NCBI GenBank assembly: GCA_031459875.1
Contig: JAVKHQ010000018.1
Coordinates: 1 to 64,000, forward strand
DNA: 64,000 nucleotides
Source of the DNA: Candidatus Fervidifonticultor sextus
Lineage (GTDB): Bacteria > Sysuimicrobiota > Sysuimicrobiia > Sysuimicrobiales > Humicultoraceae
Reading direction: 5' to 3'
The notes under the pieces were generated by a model. The model saw only the letters and a program-made list of their open reading frames with translations. It had not been told where the DNA came from and made no database searches. Numbering within the stretch: the first letter of the stretch is position 1; the number at the start of each line of letters is the position of its first letter. Positions 33,194 to 42,634 of the stretch are shown here, in pieces. A program made the position numbers and the translations under genes.

Positions 33194-34504
33194 TTACCGC
33201 TGCGCGGGGGATCGAGCCTCGGATCCGGGCGCCGCCGCCTCCGCGCCCAGCACCTCGCGGATGATGCCCTGGTAGACTGCCGGGGGCAGCGCATTCTTCA
33301 GCCGCAGAGCCACGGCCTTCACCTGCCGCACGATCTCTTCCACCTGCTCCGGGGTGGCGCGCAGGCCCTGCTCTTCCAACGTCATCTCCACGTAATTACG
33401 GCCGGTCCCGCGCCCGGCCAGCAGGCTGGGTCCGTCGCGTCCCACCAGCGCCGGCAGGTAGGGAAACAGCGCCACCTCTCCCAGGGGCGTCGCCCGGAAC
33501 TGCCGCAGAATGTGGATGACGATACCTGACTCGACCTCAAACAGCCCGGGGCCGACGATAGGCTTGTTGGAGGCCGGCCGGATCTTGGAGATTTCGGCCA
33601 CCATCTGGGACAGCCGGTTGAGTCCCTCCAGCCGGATGCCCGTGGGAACGCCCAGCAGGTGTTCGCACGCCACCGCCACCTCCTCCGTGGCCACATTGCC
33701 GGCGCGCTCACCCAGGTTGTTCACCGAGCAGTGCACCTCATCAACACCCGAGGCAACGGCCATCATGGCGCTGGCAGTGGCCTGGCCGTAGTCGTTATGG
33801 ATGTGCAGGCCCAACGGCGTCTCCGGGAACCACTGACGGAGCCTGGAGATGAAAAACCGCATGGCCAGCGGGTGTGCCATGCCGAAGGTGTCCGAGACGG
33901 TGATGCGGTCGATGGCGCCGCGCTCGATGATCTCGCCGAAGAAGCGCTTGATGTACTCCAGGCTGGGGATGCGGAAGGTGTCCCAGCCCATGAACTCCAC
34001 GTACATACCGGTTTCATCCTTGGCCCGGCGGGAGAGGACTACGATCTTCTCGATCAGCTGCTCCGGGGTCATGTTGTACGCGTACTTGATGAGGAACGGG
34101 TTAATACCGAACTCCAGGACCATTCCCGGTGCGCCGCAGGCAATGGCCGCCTGCAGATCGTCGTCACGCACCCGGACCAGCGGGGTCACCCGGGCCCGCA
34201 GCTTCATCTGGGCCAGAGTGCGGATCACCTCTCGGTCCTCCTCTGTGGCTGGCAGGCCCGGTTCAATGGATGGGATGCCGATTTTGTCCATCTCCTGGGC
34301 CAGGAAGAGCTTTTCTTCTACGGTAAAGGCCACACGTGCGGTCTGCTCTCCATCGCGCAGCGTCACATCGTGGATCACCACCCGTGCGGGAAGCCTCATC
34401 TCCCCTCGCACCTCGGGGAGATAGTTTAGCGGCGAAACCCAGCGGCCCGGGCCGAAGTACGGGCCGTCCAGCGTAATGCCAAAGGCCTCTGGTGCTGCCA
34501 TCAT
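33194..34504 (-). CDS. DRE-TIM metallolyase (homocitrate/isopropylmalate synthase-like, no regulatory domain)
   Basis: DVTLRDGEQ, SDTFG, HIHNDYG, LGERAGN, NKPIVG. Confidence 0.88.
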   Translation of the reverse strand: MMAAPEAFGITLDGPYFGPGRWVSPLNYLPEVRGEMRLPARVVIHDVTLRDGEQTARVAFTVEEKLFLAQEMDKIGIPSIEPGLPATEEDREVIRTLAQMKLRARVTPLVRVRDDDLQAAIACGAPGMVLEFGINPFLIKYAYNMTPEQLIEKIVVLSRRAKDETGMYVEFMGWDTFRIPSLEYIKRFFGEIIERGAIDRITVSDTFGMAHPLAMRFFISRLRQWFPETPLGLHIHNDYGQATASAMMAVASGVDEVHCSVNNLGERAGNVATEEVAVACEHLLGVPTGIRLEGLNRLSQMVAEISKIRPASNKPIVGPGLFEVESGIVIHILRQFRATPLGEVALFPYLPALVGRDGPSLLAGRGTGRNYVEMTLEEQGLRATPEQVEEIVRQVKAVALRLKNALPPAVYQGIIREVLGAEAAAPGSEARSPAQR

Positions 34505-34527
34505 CGTCCTCCTTCCCCAGGGGATCA

Positions 34528-35475
34528 CTATGGCCGGTCCGGATGCGTGCCGACCCGCCGCCCCCCACGCTTCGTTTTAGTCCGTGTGATCCCGCGGGTA
34601 ACCCCCCGCACCGCCGAGCCGGCACCGGCCGCCTGACCCGCGCTCATAGACGGCGGCAGGGGCGCTGCGGGAAGCACTCGGTCCGCCGTGACATCGAGCA
34701 GGAGCTCCAGCTCCGGGCCGTACGTCGCATGGAGCAGGTCAGCAAACCGGTAGTAGAGCTTGTTGGCGTAGATGTCGTGCCGGATGTAGTTGCGGATAGT
34801 CCGTAGCACGGCGGGATTCGATGTCCAGACGCCAGACCACCTGCCGTCGGAGTGGTCCATCATCAAGCCCGCGGTATCATCGGCGACCACCAGCATCTGG
34901 CCGCCGTGGCGCTCGTAGACGGTGCGCAGCATCACGTGGTGGACCGTAAACCCGACCTCCAGGTCAGGAGCGTCGAACAGCATGGCCGCAATGTGCACCC
35001 CCTGCTGGTGCGCCTGGTGCAGATCCTGCTGCAAGGCCAGCACCTGATCCCGCCATGCGCTGAGGTAAAGCTCCCGCTTCGCGTCCGCGATGATCCGCCG
35101 TGCCCGGTCCAACAGAAGATCGTAGCCATCCAGGTGCCACAGCATCTCGCGCCAGGGACGCACTGCAGTCGGCCGCAAACCACGGCGAATCGTCGCCGCT
35201 ACGGTCCGAAACCGGGCTTCCCGCAGGTTAAGGTATTCATCGGCCGGCAAGGGGACGTAGGTGACCGGCCGGCCGTCGACGAGGGTGACGAGCCCCCGAT
35301 CCAGCAAACGCCGCAGGGATGCGTAGACCTTGGCGGAGGGTACGCCGGAGCGCTGGCTGATCTGATTCCCGTTAGCCGGATAGGCCTGGTGCAGGGCAAG
35401 GTAGACACGGGCCTCGTAGTCCGTGAGCCCCAGCTCACGCATGGCCTCAAGGAGGCGGGCGACCGAAGGACGCAT
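34528..35475 (-). CDS. TrmB-family transcriptional regulator
   Basis: LGLTDYEARVY..SGVPSAKVY..L HTH, followed by an effector domain. Confidence 0.9.
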   Translation of the reverse strand: MRPSVARLLEAMRELGLTDYEARVYLALHQAYPANGNQISQRSGVPSAKVYASLRRLLDRGLVTLVDGRPVTYVPLPADEYLNLREARFRTVAATIRRGLRPTAVRPWREMLWHLDGYDLLLDRARRIIADAKRELYLSAWRDQVLALQQDLHQAHQQGVHIAAMLFDAPDLEVGFTVHHVMLRTVYERHGGQMLVVADDTAGLMMDHSDGRWSGVWTSNPAVLRTIRNYIRHDIYANKLYYRFADLLHATYGPELELLLDVTADRVLPAAPLPPSMSAGQAAGAGSAVRGVTRGITRTKTKRGGRRVGTHPDRP

Positions 35476-35481
35476 GGTTAC

Positions 35482-35499
35482 TTACTACCAGAGTAGTAA
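35482..35499. promoter_or_regulatory. Palindromic putative TrmB operator
   Basis: TTACTAC-CAGA-GTAGTAA, 6 nt upstream of the trmB ATG. Confidence 0.6.
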
Positions 35500-35707
35500 C
35501 TCCCTTTTCTGCTCGGGCCGGTCCTCACCCTGCCGACCGGGAGGACATTCCAGCGGCCAGCCGCCCCTCCCACGCCTGCCCCGGGACAGGCCTACCTAGT
35601 AAGCCAGGGACGGCGCCGAGATGAGCCGAAAGCCGACCATGAGGTCCCGGCCGCCCCCCTGAGGCATCGCTGCGGAGTACAGGTAGGGGACGCGACAGGA
35701 GGATCCA

Positions 35708-36028
35708 ATGATTCTGGTTCATCAGCGCTACTTCGCCAAACCGGGCCTGTTGGAGCAGGTGATCCAGACGCGGGTGGAGGCGTCTCGCCGGCTCATCGAA
35801 CTCGGCGTGCCCGCCGGTCACATCTGGCTTTCGGCGCGCAGCGAGGCGGGCGGCAGTGGGGTCCTCCCCGACCTCGTCTGGGAGTGCACCTCTCCGAGTC
35901 TGGAGGAACGCGAGCGCATGCGCAGGCTCCAGGAAAGCGATCCGACGTTCCATGCGATCAGGACCCGCCAGGGGACGCAGCTCGTCCAGTGGGTCCGTGA
36001 ACACTACCGCCGGCTCGAGTGGAGATAG
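35708..36028 (+). CDS. Small NIPSNAP/dimeric alpha-beta barrel-like protein
   Basis: AGGAGG RBS; YFAKPG...PDLVWECTSPSLEER pattern. Confidence 0.65.
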   Translation: MILVHQRYFAKPGLLEQVIQTRVEASRRLIELGVPAGHIWLSARSEAGGSGVLPDLVWECTSPSLEERERMRRLQESDPTFHAIRTRQGTQLVQWVREHYRRLEWR

Positions 36029-36042
36029 GAGGCCGTCCTGAC

Positions 36043-36876
36043 GTGCGCCTCGGGGTCTGCGCGTGGATCTACGGGGACGCCCCGCTGGAGGACACCCTGG
36101 CGCGGATCGCCGCCGCCGGCTACGACGGCGTGGAACTGCCCGGCGAGCCGGACCGGTGGCCGGCCGATGAGGTGCGACGACTGCTGGCGCGCTACCGCCT
36201 GGCCCCGCTGGCGCTCACCGCCTCGTGCATGGTCCCGCAGACCCCCCGCGATCTGGCGGATCCCGACCCGCGCATCCGCGGCCAGGCGGTGCGCTACCTG
36301 ACCGACTGCCTGCGCTTCGCCGCCGACGTCGGGGTGCCGCTGGTGCAGATGCTGCCCTCGGGTGAGACGCGCCTGACCCCACTGGCCTCGCGGGACGACG
36401 AGTGGCGCTGGTCGGTGGACGCCATGCGGGAGGCGGCGGTCCAGGCCGAGCGGCTCGGGGTGCGGATCGCTGTGGAGCCGCTCAACCGGTACGAAGCGTA
36501 TCTCGTAACGACGGTCGAGGAAGCGCTGCGGTACGTGACCGACGTGGACTCCCCGTGGGTGGGGGTCACCTTTGACGCCTTCCACGCCAACATCGAGGAG
36601 CCCGACCTGGCCGGGGCGATCCGGGCGGCCGGGCCGCGGCTGTGGCACGTGCACCTGGCGGATTCGAACCGGCAGGGACTGGGACGCGGGCACCTGGACG
36701 TGGCGTCGGTGCTGGAGGCGCTGCGCGGGATCGGCTACCGGGGTGGGGCCGTCCTGGAGGTCATGCCGCCCGGCTCCGACCCGTTCCGCTCCATCAAAGA
36801 TGCGAACTCCGCAGCCGTGCTGGACACGTATCTCGCAGAGTCGCTCGCCCGACTCCGGCGCCTGGACCGCCCCTGA
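36043..36876 (+). CDS. Sugar phosphate isomerase/epimerase (ketose 3-epimerase-like TIM barrel)
   Basis: GYDGVEL, EPLNRYE, DAFHANIEE, HVHLADSNR, LE. Confidence 0.9.
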   Translation: MRLGVCAWIYGDAPLEDTLARIAAAGYDGVELPGEPDRWPADEVRRLLARYRLAPLALTASCMVPQTPRDLADPDPRIRGQAVRYLTDCLRFAADVGVPLVQMLPSGETRLTPLASRDDEWRWSVDAMREAAVQAERLGVRIAVEPLNRYEAYLVTTVEEALRYVTDVDSPWVGVTFDAFHANIEEPDLAGAIRAAGPRLWHVHLADSNRQGLGRGHLDVASVLEALRGIGYRGGAVLEVMPPGSDPFRSIKDANSAAVLDTYLAESLARLRRLDRP

Positions 36877-36922
36877 CGAGGGAAGGCCCCGCGGCAGATC
36901 GAAGGACCTGGTGAGGTGTCCC

Positions 36923-37411
36923 ATGACGAGATCGTGGCGGCGGCGTATCCTCGCGTTGGCCGTGGTGGCCGCGGTCACGGGCGCAACGCTGCCGGAGGGC
37001 ATCCGGGCAGCCGCGCCCTCTACGCCGGCCGTGGGGGAGTGCCGGCCGCAGAGCAGCGGGCAGCGCCCGAACCCCACGGCGGACGACATCGTCGACTGTA
37101 CGGTTGAACAGGCGACCCCCACGCGCCTGCGCGTGCGCGTCGCCTACACCTACGCCTCGCCGTTCGGATCCCAGAACATCTGGATGGGCGCGGACGTGCT
37201 GGCCGGCGGCACCCGCCTCAAGTGGTTCGGGTTCCGGCCGGCGGCCATTACGAAGAGCAGCGGGATCGCGACGATCGAGGTCCTCTACGGGCAGAACAAC
37301 CCGCCGCCGGGAAGACTCGAGACCGACCAGGTGGAGTTCTTCATGTATGTCGGGGGCGGGCAGATCTTCTACCGGAGGCTGTTCACCCTCAGGCACACCT
37401 GGCACCTGTAG
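36923..37411 (+). CDS. Hypothetical secreted protein
   Basis: GAGGTG RBS, signal peptide, beta-rich mature domain with two Cys. Confidence 0.7.
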   Translation: MTRSWRRRILALAVVAAVTGATLPEGIRAAAPSTPAVGECRPQSSGQRPNPTADDIVDCTVEQATPTRLRVRVAYTYASPFGSQNIWMGADVLAGGTRLKWFGFRPAAITKSSGIATIEVLYGQNNPPPGRLETDQVEFFMYVGGGQIFYRRLFTLRHTWHL

Positions 37412-37427
37412 CGTGGGAGGCAGCGGC

Positions 37428-37775
37428 ATGTCGAGACTCTCGATCATCCTGGTGGTCATCCTGGGCGTGGTGGGCCTGGGCGCCGTGGTGGTCGGCGCCG
37501 TACAGATCGTGACCCGGCAACTGCATGCACCGGCGCCCGAAGCCCTGGCGCCCGCGCCGCTGCCCGCCGGCGGGGGCGCCGCGCCGGCCGGGGTCGCGCT
37601 CACCCCGAGCGCGCTGCTCCTCCGGGAGATCATCCGGTCGGTGATGCCGGCGATCATCAGCATCGTCCTCCTCATCCCCTCCAGCGTGGTCGTCCTCTCC
37701 AAGAACCGGCCGCCGGACCACCAGCGCTGGGCCACGGCGACCATCAGCAGCATCGTCACCTACTGGCTGACCTAG
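37428..37775 (+). CDS. Hypothetical membrane protein
   Basis: GGGAGG RBS; 2-3 hydrophobic segments. Confidence 0.65.
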   Translation: MSRLSIILVVILGVVGLGAVVVGAVQIVTRQLHAPAPEALAPAPLPAGGGAAPAGVALTPSALLLREIIRSVMPAIISIVLLIPSSVVVLSKNRPPDHQRWATATISSIVTYWLT

Positions 37776-37832
37776 AGGAAGCCCGCGGCCGAGCGGGAAT
37801 CAGAGGACCAGTCCCGGGGAGGAGGGGGCGCG

Positions 37833-38264
37833 ATGCCGTTCTGGCGGTCCAGGTCCGGCAAGGTGGAGATGCTGAGCAGGGTACGGCTCTTTCGAGGGCT
37901 CTCCCGGAGGCAGCTCGAGCACGTGGCGCGGCTGGCCGACGAGGTCGAGGTTCCGGCGGGAACGCGGCTGGCGACCGAGGGCGAGGTCGGCCACGAACTC
38001 TACGTCATCGTCGAGGGGGAGGCCACGGTGACCGTCGGCCGGCGCACCGTGCGCCTGGGGCCCGGAGAGTTCTTCGGCGAGATGAGCCTGGTGGACGGCG
38101 GGCCGCGGTCCGCAACCGTGACGGCGACCACGCCGATGAAGCTGCTGGTGGTGGGGCACCGGGAGTTCTGGGGGCTGCTCAACGAGGCGCCGCAGTTGGC
38201 CGCCAAGATCATGCGCGCGCTCTCCGAACGACTCCGCGAGGCGGAGAAGGCCCACACGGCGTAG
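37833..38264 (+). CDS. Stand-alone cyclic nucleotide-binding domain protein
   Basis: LYVIVEG, LGPGEFFGEMSL, PRSATV. Confidence 0.92.
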   Translation: MPFWRSRSGKVEMLSRVRLFRGLSRRQLEHVARLADEVEVPAGTRLATEGEVGHELYVIVEGEATVTVGRRTVRLGPGEFFGEMSLVDGGPRSATVTATTPMKLLVVGHREFWGLLNEAPQLAAKIMRALSERLREAEKAHTA

Positions 38265-38291
38265 GACGACCTCCAGCCGGCCGATAGCGCG

Positions 38292-39284
38292 TCAGATGCG
38301 GAACCCCGCCTCGGCCAGCCGCCAGGCCAGCCGCATCGCCTGCGTCATGGGGGCAGGATCGGCCACACCGGTCCCTGCAATGTCGAACGCCGTGCCGTGG
38401 GACGGCGTCGCCAGCACGAAGGGGTAGCCGACGCCCACCGAGACTCCTCGTTCGAAACCCAGCAGTTTCGTGGCAATCTGGGCCTGATCGTGGTACATGG
38501 CGACGACCACATCGAAAGCGCCGGCGCTGGCGCGCCGGAAGACGTGGTCGGCGGGATGGGGCCCCGAGGCGTCGATCCCCTCGGCCGCCGCCATCTCGAC
38601 AGCCGGCCGGATCACCCGGATCTCCTCGTCCCCCAGCAGCCCGCCTTCGCCCGCATGCGGGTTGAAGGCGGCCACCCCGATCCGCGGGGCCCGCATCCCG
38701 GCGGCCGCGGCCACCCGGTGGGCCAGGCGGACGGCGCGCAGGACGCGATCCATCGTCAGCAGGCCCGCGACCTCCCGCAGGGCCGCGTGGGAGGTGACGC
38801 GCGCCACCCACAGGAGGTCGCCGCCGCCTGGATGCGGGATTACGTTGACCTCGTCATGCTCTGCGGCCCCGGCCAGCGCGGCCACCAGGTCGTATTCGTC
38901 GCGGACCGGATAGCCGGCCCGCATGATGGCCTGCTTGTTGAGCGGCGCGAACACGACGGCATCGGCGGCTCCCTCCAGCGCCAGGCGGACCGCGTGCTCC
39001 AGCCACTGCACCGCCGCCCGGCCCGCCGCCGGGCTCATCTGGCCCAACCGCCACGATCGGTCCGCGGGGGGCAGATCCAGGAAGGGCACACCGGCGGAGG
39101 CGGGGCCGGGCCGATCCGCCGGCCGGACGGGCACGGGCACGCCGGCAATCCGCTGCGCTGCAGCCCAGGTCGCCGCGTCACCGATAACGAGGATCTCCGG
39201 CGGCGTCCACGCCGCCAGGGCCTTGACCAGGACCTCGGGGCCGATACCCGCGGGATCTCCGAGGGTCACGGCGAGTCGCGTCAC
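38292..39284 (-). CDS. PdxA-family dehydrogenase
   Basis: GDPAGIGPE, APLNK, NPHAGE, MYHDQ, HGTAFDIAG. Confidence 0.92.
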   Translation of the reverse strand: MTRLAVTLGDPAGIGPEVLVKALAAWTPPEILVIGDAATWAAAQRIAGVPVPVRPADRPGPASAGVPFLDLPPADRSWRLGQMSPAAGRAAVQWLEHAVRLALEGAADAVVFAPLNKQAIMRAGYPVRDEYDLVAALAGAAEHDEVNVIPHPGGGDLLWVARVTSHAALREVAGLLTMDRVLRAVRLAHRVAAAAGMRAPRIGVAAFNPHAGEGGLLGDEEIRVIRPAVEMAAAEGIDASGPHPADHVFRRASAGAFDVVVAMYHDQAQIATKLLGFERGVSVGVGYPFVLATPSHGTAFDIAGTGVADPAPMTQAMRLAWRLAEAGFRI

Positions 39285-39313
39285 GGGCCCTCCTCAGGCA
39301 GGCCTGGGTCCAC

Positions 39314-39364
39314 TTGCGCGCCGCGGGCTCGAAAAGTATACTGTATGCCAATTCAGCAGCATAC
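39314..39364 (+). promoter_or_regulatory. Promoter and putative GntR/FadR-type operator
   Basis: TTGCGC-17 nt-TATACT; palindrome AGTATACT and inverted repeat GTATGC-N10-GCATAC. Confidence 0.55.
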
Positions 39365-39434
39365 GCCCGAACCGCCGGACGCGCAACGTCCGACGGCACC
39401 CACCGGGTGCCGGGGACCGAGGGGGGAGATCGTA

Positions 39435-40190
39435 ATGCGCCTCGTCATGGCCATGGTGCTCAGCGTGGCCCTCATGGTCGTCCCGATCGTCTCGGCCCAA
39501 CAGCGACCGGTCTCCATCCGCTATCTCGGCTGGTCGTTCTTCCTCATCACGGCGGCCGACGGTCTGCGCGTCGCCATCGATCCCTACGGCAACATCGGCT
39601 ATCCCTTCCCGTCGGTCGAGGCGGATGTGGTACTGGTGACCCACGAACACGGCGACCACAACAACGTGGGTCTGATCCGGGGCAGCCCGCAGGTCTTCCG
39701 GGGGCTCGCCCCGGGCGCGCGCGACTGGAACCGCATCTACCAGCGGTTGGGCGGCACGTTGATCTACGCGGTCCCCGGCTTCCACGACAACGAGTTCGGC
39801 ACGACCCCCCGCGGGCTCAACGCCTTCTTCGTCATCGAGTCGGGCGGGCTGCGCATCGCCCATCTCGGCGACATCGGCCAACCGACGCTGAGCGAGGGCC
39901 AGTTGAAAGCGATGAGGACCATCGACGTCCTGATGATCCCTGTCGGCGCCGGGCCGTTCACCGTCAGCGTCGCCGACGCGAACCGGCTGGTGGACCAGAT
40001 CCGCCCGCGGATCGTGATTCCCATGCACTACAAGACTCCCGTGCGGCAGCCGCCGACCTGGCCGGGGGTCGATGAACGGCCGTTCCTGGAGGGCAAGCCA
40101 AACGTCCGCCGGCTGGGCCACCACACCCTGACCCTGACGCCGGACGACCTCCCCCCGACCATGCAGGTGGTCGTCATGGAGTGGCAATGA
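39435..40190 (+). CDS. Exported MBL-fold hydrolase
   Basis: Signal peptide, IDPY, THEHGDHN, HLGDIG, IPMHYK. Confidence 0.88.
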   Translation: MRLVMAMVLSVALMVVPIVSAQQRPVSIRYLGWSFFLITAADGLRVAIDPYGNIGYPFPSVEADVVLVTHEHGDHNNVGLIRGSPQVFRGLAPGARDWNRIYQRLGGTLIYAVPGFHDNEFGTTPRGLNAFFVIESGGLRIAHLGDIGQPTLSEGQLKAMRTIDVLMIPVGAGPFTVSVADANRLVDQIRPRIVIPMHYKTPVRQPPTWPGVDERPFLEGKPNVRRLGHHTLTLTPDDLPPTMQVVVMEWQ

Positions 40191-40325
40191 GGCGTCCCGC
40201 GCACCGGTCCCTGCTCGCGCCTTCCTGGCGCTCCACGACGTGAACAGCGACGTGGAGAAGCATCTCCAGTTCATGCTCGACGACGGTCAGATCCCGTTCA
40301 AACCCCCAGCCAAGGAAGGGCTGCT

Positions 40326-41795
40326 GTGGACGAACAGGTTCATCGTCAAGTAGCCGATCGGCCGGCTCAGGCCGCGGAGCAGTCGACGCAGGCCGCTGCG
40401 GGCGTCACCGAGCAGATCGCCCGCTTCATCGTGGAGGCGCGGGAGGTCCCCGATCAGGTCCGCGCCCTCGCCACCCACCACCTGGTGGACGGCATCGCGG
40501 TCATGCTGGCGGGCGCCACGGAGGAGAGCGGCGCCATGGTGCGGGCGCACCTGGAAGACGTCGGCGGCCGTCCCCAGGCCACCGTGCTCGGGACGCCCCT
40601 GCGGGCACCGCTGCAGCTGGCGGCGTGGGCCAACGGGACCGCCGGCCACGCAATGGACTACGACGACACGCAGCTGGCTACCGATCCCCGGAGCGTCTAC
40701 GGGCTGCTCACCCATCCCACGGTGCCCACGCTGGCCGGTGCGCTGGCGGCCGCCGAAGACGTGGAGGCCTCGGGCGCCGACCTCCTGGACGCCTACATCA
40801 TCGGGGTCGAGGTCGCCTGCCGCATCGCCGATGCCGTCGACCCCCGCCACTACCGCGACGGCTTCCACTCGACGGGCACGATGGGGGTCTTCGGGGCCGC
40901 TGCGGCTGCGGCCCGGCTCTACCGGTGCGATCTCGATCAGACCCTGCGGGCGCTCGGCCTGGCCGCCAGCATGAGCGCGGGGCTGCGCGAGAACTTCGGG
41001 ACGATGACCAAGCCGTTCCACGCGGGCCGCGCGGCCGAGAACGGGCTGCTGGCCGTGCTGCTGGCCCGGCGCGGGTGGACGGCCGCCAGGAACATCCTGG
41101 AAGCCAGGCGCGGCTTCTACAGGGCCGCCGCCGGCGGGTACGACCCTGCGAAGATCGAGGGGGTGTTGGGCCGCCCCTACTTCTTCGTCGCACCCGGCAT
41201 CTCCATCAAGCCCTATCCGTCGGGGTCGCTCTCCCATCCCGCCCAGGATGTTTTGCTGGACCTAGTGCGCCGGCACGACATCCGGCCGGAGCAGGTCGAG
41301 CGCATCGACGTGGGGGTCCACTCGCACGTCCCCCACGCGCTGATCCACACGCGGCCGACCACGGCCCTGGAAGGCAAGTTCAGCCTGCAGTTCCAGATGG
41401 CCATCGGGGTGCTGGACCGGGCGGCCGGGCTGGCGCAGTTCACAGACGCCAAGGTGCAGGATCCCCGCACCCGAATGCTGATGGAGCGGGTGCACGTGCA
41501 CGTGGACCCCGAGATCGACGCGCTCGGGTACAACGAGATGCGGATGACGGTGGCGATCACCCTTGCGGACGGCCGCCGGATCACCGGTCGCGCGGACGCG
41601 GCCAGGGGTCATCCGAGGAAGCCGATGTCCCGCGACGAGCTGGCGGGGAAGTTCATCGAGTGCGCGTCCCTGGTGATGCCCCCGGAGCGGGCGTCGGCCG
41701 CCCTGGCGCGCCTGTGGGCCATCCGGCAGGTCCCGCGGATGAGCGACCTGATGCCGATGCTGGTTGGGGCACCGCCCGGGCCCCGACCGGCCTGA
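40326..41795 (+). CDS. MmgE/PrpD family protein
   Basis: NGTAGHAMDYDD, HP, GFHSTG, GTMTKPFHAG, KPYP, EGKFS. Confidence 0.92.
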   Translation: MDEQVHRQVADRPAQAAEQSTQAAAGVTEQIARFIVEAREVPDQVRALATHHLVDGIAVMLAGATEESGAMVRAHLEDVGGRPQATVLGTPLRAPLQLAAWANGTAGHAMDYDDTQLATDPRSVYGLLTHPTVPTLAGALAAAEDVEASGADLLDAYIIGVEVACRIADAVDPRHYRDGFHSTGTMGVFGAAAAAARLYRCDLDQTLRALGLAASMSAGLRENFGTMTKPFHAGRAAENGLLAVLLARRGWTAARNILEARRGFYRAAAGGYDPAKIEGVLGRPYFFVAPGISIKPYPSGSLSHPAQDVLLDLVRRHDIRPEQVERIDVGVHSHVPHALIHTRPTTALEGKFSLQFQMAIGVLDRAAGLAQFTDAKVQDPRTRMLMERVHVHVDPEIDALGYNEMRMTVAITLADGRRITGRADAARGHPRKPMSRDELAGKFIECASLVMPPERASAALARLWAIRQVPRMSDLMPMLVGAPPGPRPA

Positions 41796-41815
41796 GGAGG
41801 CCCGGGAGCCGCGGC

Positions 41816-42634
41816 GTGAAGACCTACCGCCTCGCCGTCATTCCCAAAGACGGGATCGGCCGCGAGGTGATCCCCGAGGGCCTGAGGGTCCTGCGGGCCG
41901 CCGCCGTGCAGTTCCGGCTCGGCATCGAGGCAGAGGAGTTCCCGTGGGGGTGTGACTACTACCTGCGTTGCGGGACCATGATGCCGCCAGATGCCCTGGT
42001 GACCCTGCAGAGGTTCGACGCGATCTACCTGGGTGTCATCGGCGATCCGCGGGCGCCGGACCACGTCTCGCTGTGGGGGCTGCTGCTCCCCATCCGCAAA
42101 GCCTTCGACCTCTACGCCAACGCCCGGCCCTTCCGGCTCCTGCCGGGGGTCCCGTCGCCGCTGGCGGGTCGTGCGCCCGAGGAGATCGACATCCTGTTCG
42201 TCCGCGAGAACACCGAAGGGGAGTACGCGGGCATCCGCGGCAGGATAGCGGTCGGCACGCCCCATGAGGTGGCGATCCAGACCTCCGTCTACACGCGGCG
42301 GGCCACCGAGCGCATCCTGCGCTACGCCTTCGAGCAGGCGCGGCGTCGCCGGCGTCGGCTGGCGCACATCACCAAGTCGAACGCCCTGCAGTACACGGCG
42401 GTGATGTGGGACGAGATCGCCGCGGAAGTGGCGCGCGACTATCCCGACGTGCACGCATGGAAGCTGCACGTGGACGCGGCCGCCTACCACATGGTGCTGC
42501 ACCCCGACTGGTTCGACGTCATGGTCGGCTCGAATCTCTTCGCCGACATCCTGACCGACCCGGGCGGCGACAGCACCACCGCGCAGGTCGGGGAGGCCGT
42601 CGTCGCAGCCCTGCGGGCCGGAGCGCCTCGATGA
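41816..42634 (+). pseudogene. Tartrate/3-isopropylmalate dehydrogenase family, with an in-frame internal deletion
   Basis: DGIGREV, RENTEGEY, TKSNA, VDA; NLFADILTD is joined directly to PGGDSTTAQVG, so the EPVHGSAPD segment is absent; 272 aa. Confidence 0.85.
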
